In this document: positions 10,749 to 21,254 of the stretch, one piece after another
Numbering within the stretch: the first letter of the stretch is position 1
Layout of the letters: the number at the start of each line of letters is the position of its first letter
Source: Octopus sinensis
Taxonomy: Eukaryota
Direction of reading: 5' to 3'
NCBI RefSeq assembly: GCF_006345805.1
Contig: NW_021835637.1
Span: 1 to 26,127 of the forward strand
Length of the DNA stretch: 26,127 bases
Position numbers and translations under genes: made by a program
Notes under the pieces: model-generated
What the model saw: the letters and a program-made list of their open reading frames with translations, nothing else
The model's database searches: none
Told to the model about the DNA's origin: nothing

Positions 10749-10790
10749 AACTGTTTGACGTACGGGAATGTGAAACTATGAGTGGAAGTG
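10749..10790 (+). ncRNA. More decayed inverted copy of hammerhead family 2
   Basis: AACTGT tTGACGt ACG ggaa TGT GAAA CTa t GAG Tg. Confidence 0.55.
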
Positions 10791-10834
10791 TTTTGTCATT
10801 TTTTTAATGTTTTTGTTGCTTTAATAATGATAAA

Positions 10835-10880
<46 letters not shown>

Positions 10881-10947
10881 TAGCTGAAGGTGACCCGCTC
10901 TACGCGCGGGTAAGAGTGTGGTTGTTACTTTCTGTTGCTCCCTTTCA

Positions 10948-11261
10948 GCACGTAAAAAGCACCATCCGAACGTGGCCGATTGCAGCGCCGCCTTGACTTG
11001 CTTCTGTGCCGGTGGCACATAAAAAGCACCAACCGATCGTTTCCGCAGCGAGCCCCCCTGGCACCTGTGCCGGCGGCACGAAAAAAGCACCCACTACACT
11101 CACAGAGTGGTTGGCGTTAGGAAGGTCATCCACCTGTAGAAACACTGCCAGATCAGACTGGAGCCTGGAGCAGCCTCCTGGCTTCCCAGACCCCAGTCAC
11201 ACTGTCCAACCCGTGCTAGCACGGAAAACGGACGTTAAACGATGATGATGATGATGATGAT
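10948..11261 (+). mobile_element. RTE-tailed short element (family E), well preserved
   Basis: Three ggcacrtaaaaagcacc-type units, then gtggttggcgttaggaaggtcatcc, ending in ccaacccgtgctagcacggaaaacggacgttaaac(GAT)n. Confidence 0.8.
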
Positions 11262-11572
11262 TCTCCGTCTTTGTTTCTCTCTCACTTTCCCACTCTCTTA
11301 CTTTTCTTTTCTCTCGGACTCTCCCTCGCTTTCTCTTACTCTCTATCTTTCTCTATCTCTCTCCCATTTATAAACCACAGAAGATCTTGAGTAAGTTGAG
11401 AAATAAAATATTTAGAAAGATCAATCATAAATATCAGGCAGTGGCAACGGAAAGGTCTGCTTCAAGGCAGACAGCAAAATGCTAACATTTAAAAGGGACA
11501 GACGAACTTGCGAGGTGAATAAAAATAATAAAATATTGGAAACCAAAGTTTGAAGGGATAGAATGTGAGGAT

Positions 11573-11830
11573 AGTAGAGTCACCATGGCTGGCATTTCTT
11601 AATGACGGTTAGCAACGTATTGACAGTTTAACGGCTGGCATAAAATTTTGAACTTGATGTAAAAGAAAATTCGTAAACCACAATTTTTGAAGTGATTCTT
11701 TCTCACGACAGTAGACTCACCATGGCAAGCATTCAAAACTTCTTTATCATGGACGGCAACACATTGACGATTAAAAGGCTGGTGCAAATTTTTTAGCTTG
11801 ATGCAACAGAGAATTCCTAAACATCCGCTC
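11573..11830. repeat. Two ~137-bp diverged tandem units inside the Helitron-like element
   Basis: agtagagtcaccatggc at 11573 and agtagactcaccatggc at 11710, with collinear downstream similarity. Confidence 0.8.
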
Positions 11831-12061
11831 CTCGAAATTTTAATCCCCTTCCAGCCCCATTTAGACCCCTTTTCATATTTTGGTTAATATAACCCTATTT
11901 CATTCGGGTCTACTGGGGCCACATTTTATAAGATGAGGAATTTTGTCCTAGAGATGACGCCTTTCATTTGAGGAAAAAAATAGTTGTCATGCAAACTTGC
12001 CAGCACTTTTAACATAGGTGTACATATTTTCAGCTGAATCGACCGACTACGTAATGCACAC

Positions 12062-12112
<51 letters not shown>

Positions 12113-12409
12113 ATATATATATGTGTGTGTGTGTGTGCGTGCACGCATTATATATACAAATGTATACAAATGAGATATATATCTGTATAAATTAAATTAG
12201 AGATAAAACTACTAATAGGCAAATCAAACAGTGAAAAACCAAAAACAAAAACATAAAAAAAAATATAATATATAAAATATATAAAATATAAAATTGAAAA
12301 ATTTAAATTATTTAAATTGAAAATAAAAATTATTAAATTATATTTATAATTTGTTTAAAAATATATATAACTATGAAAAAGTATGAAAAAGTTTAATATA
12401 CATAAATAC

Positions 12410-12562
12410 AGATACATACACTTTGTATATATACATTATATATACATATTTATATATAGAACACACACACACATACATTATATATACATATTTATATATA
12501 GAACACACACACACACATACATTATATATGCATATTTATATATAGAACACACACACACATAT
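12410..12562. repeat. ~30-bp minisatellite (catacattatatatacatatttatatatagaacacac)
   Basis: Three visible units. Confidence 0.85.
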
Positions 12563-12564
12563 AA

Positions 12565-12969
12565 ATGAACGCAAGAATATCTGATTCATAATATTTGTTC
12601 TAATGCTCGTGTGTTGTTGGTGACAGACAGATACTTAAAAGAACGCCGCGGAAGTGATGGGAAGGTAGGAAACAGAGTCAGTGAAAAAGAGAGGAAATAG
12701 CGAGAGTGACAGATACTTTAAATAACGGTAGTGGCATTATTAAAGTTATAAATGAAGGGGGGTAAGAGAGGGAAAGGGGGAAATAGCGTGAGTGAGGAAG
12801 ATGGCCCCTAGCAACCACACCTTTTAAGATGGGGATTTCTAAGGTAGCCCACGAGCATCGTCACCTCATTCTACATGTCCCTGTAAATTTTGGAGCGAAT
12901 CGGATGGGACGTAGTGGCATTGAAAGCGATCCAAGCAGTAAAAACGCATTTCAGTTTTATATATAGAGA
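12565..12969 (-). mobile_element. 5' part of a second Helitron-like element
   Basis: Minus strand starts A|TCTCTATATATAAAACTG (TC at 12969-12968, A at 12970). Subterminal aaattttggagcgaatcgg resembles the motif near 12025. The region is CpG-rich relative to its flanks. Confidence 0.55.
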
Positions 12970-13398
12970 TATATATACACACACACACACACACACATAC
13001 ATACACGTGTATATGTATATGTATATATCTATATCATATAAATGGCAATTTCAGTCTGTCTGTTACCATCTTGCTACCCAAACCAAAGAACCAATCTTCA
13101 CCAAACGTTTTATATGTGTTGAACTAACATCCAGTTCAATTATAGGCTAATTGGGTTTCAATAAATATCGATAATGGAACAACTACATGGGTTGGGCTAT
13201 TACATGATAAAATGAGATGGGGTGCAAAAGTGTTAGGTTCAGGGAAATGTGGCATAATGAGGGTGGCTGATATCAGGGAAAGGGAGGAGACAGGCAGAGA
13301 TAGATATGCAGGGAATGTGAGAGACAGAGAACAATAGAGAGGGACACTTCCATGTATATATATAAAGAGAGTTTGTATGTGTGTGCATATCTTATGCG

Positions 13399-14262
13399 TT
13401 CAAAAACTGAGTTGTCAATTTTGATGTATGGAGTATCAAAATTCCGTGATCTTACGACTATCAAATAAACATTATTTTTATTTACATATTTGTGTTACAA
13501 AAAGTTTACATTATAAACGTTTCTATTAGTCAACTATTATAAACATGTTATACCATGACAACGTCACATTTTCCGTATGAGTGTGTACATCCATTTCTCT
13601 ATATATTATGACAAAATACAGTCACTCACTCTCTCTCTCTCTCTCACACACATGCACACACATATTCAAAAAAGATGTATGCATATGTATTTGTGTATGT
13701 GTATATGAAAGATGTGTATGTGAGATAGAGAGAGACCAAGTGAGTGCCACTTACACATACATGATTCATGTACATGCAAACACACACCCACGTGCGTTTC
13801 ATATACATGTACACACATCTTTCACTTTCTGCTCTTTCTTCAAAGCAAATGTTGCGGTTTCACTTTCTCTTCTCTTTCAATTTTTGCTCTCTTCAAAGCA
13901 TAAGGAAATAAAAAGATTTTATGGAAATTAATGAATACATTCAAAAACTGAGTTGGCGATTTTGATGTATGGGGTATCAAAAGATTCAGTAATCTTTCAG
14001 CTAACAAATAAACTTTATTTTCATTCACATATTTGCATTACAAAAATTTAACATTATAATCTTTCCTTAATTCAACTATCCTAAACATTTTATACCATGA
14101 CGATGACGTCACATTTTCTACAAGTGTGTACCTTAAGACATCCATTTAACTATATGTTATGAGGAAATACAGTCACTCACTTTCTCTCTCACATGCACAC
14201 GCACACATACTTACAAAAAAGAGGTGTGCATATGTATTTATGTATGTGTATATGAAAGATAA

Positions 14263-14301
<39 letters not shown>

Positions 14302-14357
14302 AAGAGCCACTTACACATACATGTAAAAAAATACATTCATGACAACACACTCCTTTA

Positions 14358-14394
<37 letters not shown>

Positions 14395-14477
14395 ACACAC
14401 ACACACTTCATATACACGTACATACATCTTTCACTTTCTCCTCTCTTTGACTTCCTGCTCTCACTTCAAAGCAAATG
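13399..14477. repeat. ~541-bp diverged tandem duplication
   Basis: ttcaaaaactgagttg at 13399 and 13940. Collinear blocks include ataccatgac, aatacagtcactcact, gccacttacacatacatg and cttcaaagcaaatg. Confidence 0.9.
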
Positions 14478-14850
14478 CCACCCATATTATAAATCATATG
14501 GTTCACAAAGGAGTCGTAACCAATGACTGGTGTAGCAGCACCATAGTCAACTGCTACAAAAGTTAAAGGTGATGCCTTAGATAGAAATTATTACAGAGGT
14601 ATCAAATTGTTGGATCAAGTAATGAAAGTTATGGGGAGGGTCGTAGCTCAACTAATTAGGGAGAGAGTTAGTCTAGATGAGATGAAGTTCGGTTTTATGC
14701 CAAGGAGAAGCAGCACTGATGCTATATTTCTGCTAAGACAGCTGCAGGAGAAATACACAGCCAAAGATAAACCTTTGTACATGGCTTTAGTTGATTTTGA
14801 GAAAGCCTTTGACAGGGTTCCCCGATCCCCTATCTGGTGATATGAAAAAT
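14478..14850 (+). pseudogene. RTE-clade LINE reverse transcriptase fragment
   Basis: NDWCSSTIVNCYK / KGDALDRNYYRGIKLLDQVMKV...MKFGFMPRRSSTDAIFLLRQLQEKY...YMALVDFEKAFDRVP: RT subdomains 0-3, with a frameshift near 14565. Confidence 0.92.
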
Positions 14851-14944
14851 GTTTACAGATTTTTTCAACAAGGATGAACGTTTTTTTTAATCGCACATAC
14901 ATTAGTTAAAAAATTAACACATAGTGTGGCTTATGTTAAATTTA

Positions 14945-15776
14945 AGCGGTTTCCCTTCAGTGTGTAGGAATAGTGTGAATTATCACTAAAAAGAAGAAAA
15001 AAATCAAATACTTAGGACAAGTAATTGATGATAATGGAAAGCAATTTGTGTGTAGCAAATTTTTTAAATTTTGTGGAAATGTTTGCAGTAGAACATATAA
15101 CTGGTGCCATACCATCCCAGATCTAATGGACAGGCAGAACACTTTGTTGATACCTTCAAAAGGTCTTTAAGAAAAGCAAATAAAGAAAGCATGGATGAGG
15201 TAGTTCTACACTAATTTTAAGGGTGTACCGTGTAACACCAAATCCGAATACACCAGCAGGTATCTCACCAGCAGAACTGTTGTTTGCAAGGAAAGTCAGC
15301 TTTTGATAAATTGCTACCTGGCAAAGAAAGAAAAAGTGCCAGGGAAGATAGCAAGATTTTTTGAAGTTGGTGATAAGATGTATATGAGGACATACAAAAA
15401 TGGAAAGCAGAACTGGGAAGAGGGCGAAATGACCAAATACATAGGCAAAATGATGTATTGGGTAAAAAGTAGAAAAGGCATACAAAAGAGTCTCAAGAAC
15501 CAACTGAAAAAGAAATTTGTGGAGAGTGAACCAAAGAAGTTGGAGGAACTGATGGAATGGTTGTATTATATGTTCCAAGTATCAATGCCATTGCAGGTGA
15601 TAGAACCCAGGCATTCAAGTGAAAGGAAAAGTACACAGAGTTCTTGAAAATAGATGCCAAAAGAAAAAAAATATTAAATTATATGAAAAAAACTCAAAAA
15701 AGGGAGGTGGGGTGAATAAAAATATTATTGCTAAATAAAATGACACTTTCTAAGAAAAACTTAAAAGGGGAGATAT
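14945..15776 (+). pseudogene. Ty3/gypsy pol remnant: RT end fused to integrase core and C-terminus, then PPT
   Basis: IKYLGQVIDDNGKQF from 15003; YHPRSNGQAEHFVDTFKRSL; YRVTPNPNTPAGISPAELLFARK; ORF 15303..15647 is the integrase C-terminal region. Polypurine tract AAAAGGGGAGA at 15763-15773. Confidence 0.88.
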
Positions 15777-15998
15777 TGTAGGGAATTAGTAATAATGGTA
15801 CATCCCTCCCACATGATGAGTGGGATGTGTCAGTCACTATAAATAAGGTGACGTTGGCCATTATCAAGAGAGTACGTAGAGTACAAGAGTGCATGTTAGA
15901 CTGTGTTGTTAGTCGTGTCTGTACTGATCTAGTTTTTATACTGTGATACTGAGTGGGTGTTATAATGATCCAACTTTTGAGGATAATAGCACTGTACA
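15777..15998 (+). repeat. Candidate 3' LTR of the gypsy remnant (right end uncertain)
   Basis: Starts TGTAGGG three nt after the PPT; TATAAATA at ~15838. No 5' LTR in the window to confirm. Confidence 0.4.
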
Positions 15999-16195
15999 AC
16001 TGGGGTCACATAGTGCCATATAAAAACTTCCAATTGACAACTTTGGAATATAACAATATCTGTCAGAGCAAAAACCATTGTATAAAGATAGATTACCACA
16101 GTGGCAAAAGACCACTTTATAATAGAGTCAAAATAAATACCACAATGCATGATACTGTAATGAGTCGTCTAATCTGCCACCCATATGCTGCAGAC

Positions 16196-16416
16196 AATAA
16201 TGGTTTCTGATTTCAGCACAAGGCCATCTATTTTGAGGAGTTGGTAGCAAGTCCCCATTGACCCCAGTGTTTAACTGGTGTTTATTTTAGCAACCCTGAA
16301 AGGATAAAAGCAAAGCTGACCTCAGTGGAATGTGAACTCAAAGCATAAAGAGCCCAAAGAAATGCTGCTAAGTATTGTGTCTACTGTGCTAATGATTCGA
16401 CCAGCTTGCTGCCTTA
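16196..16416 (-). mobile_element. tRNA-derived SINE family A copy
   Basis: gaccccagtgtttaactgg...ccctgaaaggataaaagcaaagctgacctcagtggaatgtgaactc...cagcttgctgcctta. Confidence 0.8.
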
Positions 16417-16649
16417 CTGTGGATAATGATAAAATCAGTATTGTATGGGAGGAGGTTAATATCTTTGAATGAAATCAAAATCTTGTGTCTGTTTTTGAAG
16501 CAAATGTGTGAGACTTCAAAAGAATGTAGATGAACATTTTGGCCTGTGATCTGAGATGTCATAAGAGTCCAAATTTGATTTAATATTGATAAACCAAAGA
16601 ATTGATTTGAAATAATTAGATGTGAATTTATATTCAAAAGACTGATGGG

Positions 16650-16690
16650 TTGTATTTGGAATTTTGAAGTTGTATTTGGAATTTTGAAGT
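16650..16690. repeat. Perfect 20-bp tandem duplication
   Basis: ttgtatttggaattttgaag twice. Confidence 0.95.
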
Positions 16691-18200
16691 AGCATTGACA
16701 AAATGTGAAAACCAAATTTTAGAGTTATCACATTTTTCCTTTAGAAAACCAAATTTTGTGTTTCATCTATAATTTTCTTTTTTAAAAAATAATTTATTTT
16801 AAAACATTGTAGTTTGTTCTCAAATATATTGAAAAGCTTTTAAAAGATTATAACTACAATTGTTGTTGGTGGTGATGGTAGCGATAATGGTATTTTTGCA
16901 GTATTTTATGTTGTTGATGTTGTTCATATTGTTAATGCTGTTGTTGTTGGTGTTGTTGATAAATTTTAAATCTGCTGCATGCACCTGGTGTATTATCTGA
17001 TGCATCACTAATTCAACCTACTGCAGGTGCTTGTGCTAATTACGTAATTAGAGCCATGTGTTGCAAATGTTTCTGAGGAACTATGAACAATAACTACTGC
17101 TACTGTTGTTGTTTAATACCAGCTCAGTTCTGATTGAGCATTGGTGGAGTCTAACCATGACTATCCCATCTTTTACCGGATATTGCAATTGTTGTCTAGT
17201 GCCTCTAATACTTTTGGTGTTCTGTTTCTCTTTTACTGCTGTTCTATTATCACTGCTCTGTCATTGCTGAAGCTACTCAGAAAATTATTTTTCAGGCTTT
17301 TGGTTGTTAAACCATTAAAATTGAATTTATATCTACTGAACAGTAATTAATAATACTCAAATAAGACTACAGATTCTGTTTCCATTTGTCCAGTATCATC
17401 ATCAGCAGCATTTTACATTTGCTGTTAGGTTGAATATTTTTTTTCTGAGATTGTTATAGCTGGATGTCCTTCCTGTCACCAACATTTCCTGCATCTGGTG
17501 TGTAATATGAGTGGAAAATACTTTTCTGCTTTAGCAAGTATAACAACCAAAACAACAGAAGTCATCTATTGGTGGAAGGGACATGTGACTTGCAGTCATA
17601 AACGTTTAACCCATGATCAATGAATTCATTATTTAACATGATGATAGGTTTTTAATTGTATGTGTGTTTTACTTTTAATTAAATTAGGTATATTACATAT
17701 TTCCAACTTTTTAAGACTTATCCAACACCATGATGAAGAAATATGAATTATAAGATGCAAATTCTATTTTGTCCTGTTGCTATGAAGAGTGGTGGCAGTG
17801 GTAAAGGTTGTAGGGTAGCAGATATAAATGTTGATTGATTTCTCCAGTCATGCATTATATATTGTAGAGAAAGGGGGAGAAAGAGTAAAAGGGATATACG
17901 TGCACACACAGTGGTTGGTGGAAGGCAGAGACTTAGAGTGAAGGAATGTTTCTCACATATACACCATGACAGAGAAAGAATCATAGAGAAAGAAGAGGAG
18001 GAGAGGAAGTTAAGGGAGGAGTTGTACAAATGAGACATTTGTTATATTTAACTAATTCAAATCCATTGCTACACTGCCGGATTTGAACTAGTTAAATTAT
18101 GCACATACCTTCGTAAATTGTGTAAATAATGCTTAGACTGACTTTCTTGGTGAACATTAGTAACACAGTATAAGATAAAATAAGAAGTGTATACGTTGTG

Positions 18201-18257
<57 letters not shown>

Positions 18258-18259
<2 letters not shown>

Positions 18260-18395
18260 AGTTAATCCAAACGTGAAAACACAAAGAGAAAACACAACAA
18301 CGCGAGGACATGGAACAAGTATTGTGTGATTGGACACTCAGGAAAGAAGGAGGGTATAACGTTTGGAGCAGAGCTCTTCGTCAGAAACATAGAAA
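18258..18395 (-). mobile_element. Penelope pLTR-like fragment carrying hammerhead family 3
   Basis: Short CpG-containing segment embedded in microsatellite, containing the hammerhead motif at 18354-18388. The pLTR call is inferred from the motif. Confidence 0.55.
18354..18388 (-). ncRNA. Degenerate minimal type-I hammerhead ribozyme (family 3)
   Basis: GTTT CTGACGA A GAGC tct GCTC cAAA CGTT ATAC. Perfect 4-bp stem II and palindromic AACGTT stem III; G12>C. Confidence 0.7.
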
Positions 18396-18845
18396 CATAT
18401 ATATATATGTAATTATTTTGTAAATCAAAATCAAATAATTTTTAATATTCAGATTTTATCCTTAGCTGCAATGTTTTAAGTAGAAATTTTCTTGTTCTGT
18501 ACTTTACCAGATGTAATAAGTTGTCCTGGACTTTTCCAAGTGTAATAACTTTTCCTGTACTTTTCCAGGTTTATAATCTTAAGAATATTATTTCTCTTGC
18601 TCGCATTTTCCCATGTAATCCTTATTTTTTCCAGGCTATGCTTTATCCTAATTAATAATGTGTCAATTAGTGGTGTCATTGATAACTTTTTCCTTACCTC
18701 AATGATGCCGGTGACATATGCATAGAACTATATTATCACCCTCAAATTTGAGAAATAAACGCTCAAAACTCTTTTCTTTTAAAGCTTCATAGCATGGGAT
18801 TGATACCATGAATTCCTCGAATTGGACTCTATCATTTAAGCTTAA

Positions 18846-19228
18846 TTAAAATATATTCTTTTACTTGTTTCAGTCATTTGAATGTGGCCATGCTGGAGTA
18901 CCACCTTTAGCTGAACAAATCGACCCCAGGAGTTATTCTTTGTTAGCCTAGTACTTATTCTATCAGTCTCTTTTGCTGAACTGCTAAGATACGGGGACGT
19001 AAACACACCAGCATTGGTTATCAAGCGATGTTGGGGGGAAGGGGACAAACATACACACGCATATACGACAGGCTTCTTTCAGTTTCCATCTACCAAATCC
19101 AGTCACAAGGCTTTGGTTGGCCTGAGGCTATAGTAGAAGACATTTGCCCAAGGTGCCACACAGTGGGACTGAACCCGGAACCATGTGATTGGTAAGCAAG
19201 CTACTTACCACACAGCCACTTCTGCACC
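18846..19228 (-). mobile_element. Near full-length tRNA/CORE-like SINE family B
   Basis: Minus: gtggctgtgtggtaag (A-box-like), ggttccgggttcagtccc (B-box-like), gtggcaccttgggcaaatgtc (CORE-like), then a 3' body ending aaacaagtaaaagaat. Confidence 0.85.
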
Positions 19229-20272
19229 TATAATTTGCTTTTAAAATATATAGTTTGTTTTTAAAATAAAAAGTTAATTATACTTAAATCCAATTTTTTG
19301 CCTAACATATTTTTTCATGATATTTTACCTTACAACTTTTTTTATACAAATTTTTGTTTCATGGAACCAAAATCATGAAATACTTCATCCTTTCTTCTAT
19401 TATTGAAGCTAAGATAAATATATTTTGCTTTCAAAATAAAAAAGTTATTTAGATTTAAACTTGATCGGTGGCATTACTTACTCCCCTATAACATTGCTAC
19501 AGATTTTGATCTAAACTTTTTCTACTAGATCAAATCTCAAATTTTTTATGCCAAAATGTAGTAAGGGACCAGTCCTTTTCAAAAATCTTAAGTTTTCATT
19601 TAGGTTAAGAACTGAATTAGCGACAAGCTCTGAAAGATGCTGCATGTGAGTAAATTGCAGCCTTAAGAACTACTACTGTAGTTGAATGACAACCTACTAC
19701 CATAGTTGAATGATATATCTACTTGGACTTATCTCCCAACTTTGATAATTATATATATATATATACAAACCCATATGAACAACATGTATCCGCATGAATA
19801 TATACATATATCCGCATTAATACACAAGTTAAATCTAATTTATTCACCTCAGCCACATGTGTTTATGATCAAAATAATAGCACAGTGAATATAATTTGAC
19901 CAAGAGTAAAAAATATATTTATACATAATTAAGAATAAAACCATTTTAATGATTTTGTCAAGCAGCCAGCATATAATAAGACCATATAGGTAACAATTTA
20001 TAGTAATATATAATTATATAAATATAATTATATTAAAGGGTGAGGATAAACTCCATCAACATGTGAGAAATAGATGCCGTATAGTTCTAAAATCTCTATC
20101 TACACTCCATTAGCACAGATTGAAAGCAAGCAGATGAATAAGATTTTTTAAAAAAGGGTTAATGTAAAAAAGATCAATGTAAACACACATACAGTTTTTA
20201 AAAGTCTGTTACAATGTTTATATTTCTTGAATGACATACAGAAATACACACACACAAAATAAGAATATATGC

Positions 20273-20311
<39 letters not shown>

Positions 20312-21056
20312 TCCATTTTTTAAAATCAAAAGTTGTTAGTTACTTTGGTGACAACAATCCCTATCTATCTCTCTTTGACATACACATGCCCCCCACACAC
20401 ACTCTTTCTCCCTCTCTCCCTCTACTTCACACTATTTCTCTCTCGACAACAATCTTTCCTCCTGCCCTTCTGTTATTTGAAATGAAAGTCTTTTTAAAGT
20501 CTATTGTATTTTCTATATGTTAAAAAACACATGCATACACATGCACCCCCACCCCCCAAAATATTAGCTATATATCTTTCAAAACTTGTTAGCTATGATG
20601 GTGACAACAGTCTGCCTATCTATCTCTCACTACTTTTTCTTCTTCCCTTCTTCAAAAAATACTTGAGGTATATTTTTTATTTCTCCCCTTCTTTCTCTTT
20701 TCCTCTCTTTTATAAGCTGCTGTGACAGGCAGAGAGACATAAAGATCTTCTTGTCTTTTATGATATAGGATTTTAAGATTATAAATATTGCATTTATGTA
20801 TTTTGCAAGATTCTTGATTTGAAATTGTATATTGAAACAAATATTATTATGTATCTGGGGATGGTAATTTTTTTTTTTCCTAGTAAGCACATGCACTATT
20901 TATTTGATCTTCACTTTAGCTTTATTATTATTTCCAGTTTATTTATCAGGGTTCTTTTGTCACACAGAAAGTCATTGAAGATGTCACAAATTGAGTGATG
21001 AATGAACTCTGACAAATCATAAAACTAAAGCAAAGATCATATAAATGGTGTGTGTA

Positions 21057-21182
21057 TTTGTTTAAGCCTGGTACTTATTCCATCAGTCTCTTTTGCTGGA
21101 CCACTAAGTTATGAGTTCATAAACACACCAACACCAGTTTTCAAACAGTGGAGTGAACAATCATAGAAGCAAAGACACACAC

Positions 21183-21254
<72 letters not shown>

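Larger units (their letters stand above)
10560..10790 (-). mobile_element. Penelope pLTR-like fragment with an inverted hammerhead pair
   Basis: Minus-strand hammerhead followed by AATAAA (forward tttatt ~10633-10638). 10686-10727 is inverted relative to 10743-10784. Confidence 0.6.
10880..12075 (-). mobile_element. Non-autonomous Helitron-like element, interrupted by a family E copy
   Basis: Canonical 3' end on the minus strand: GC hairpin ACCCGC/GCGGGT (10893-10898 / 10906-10911) about 10 nt from CTAG (10880-10883), followed by target T. The other end (cagctgaatcgaccg...cattatatata) decays into (TA)n. Confidence 0.65.
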
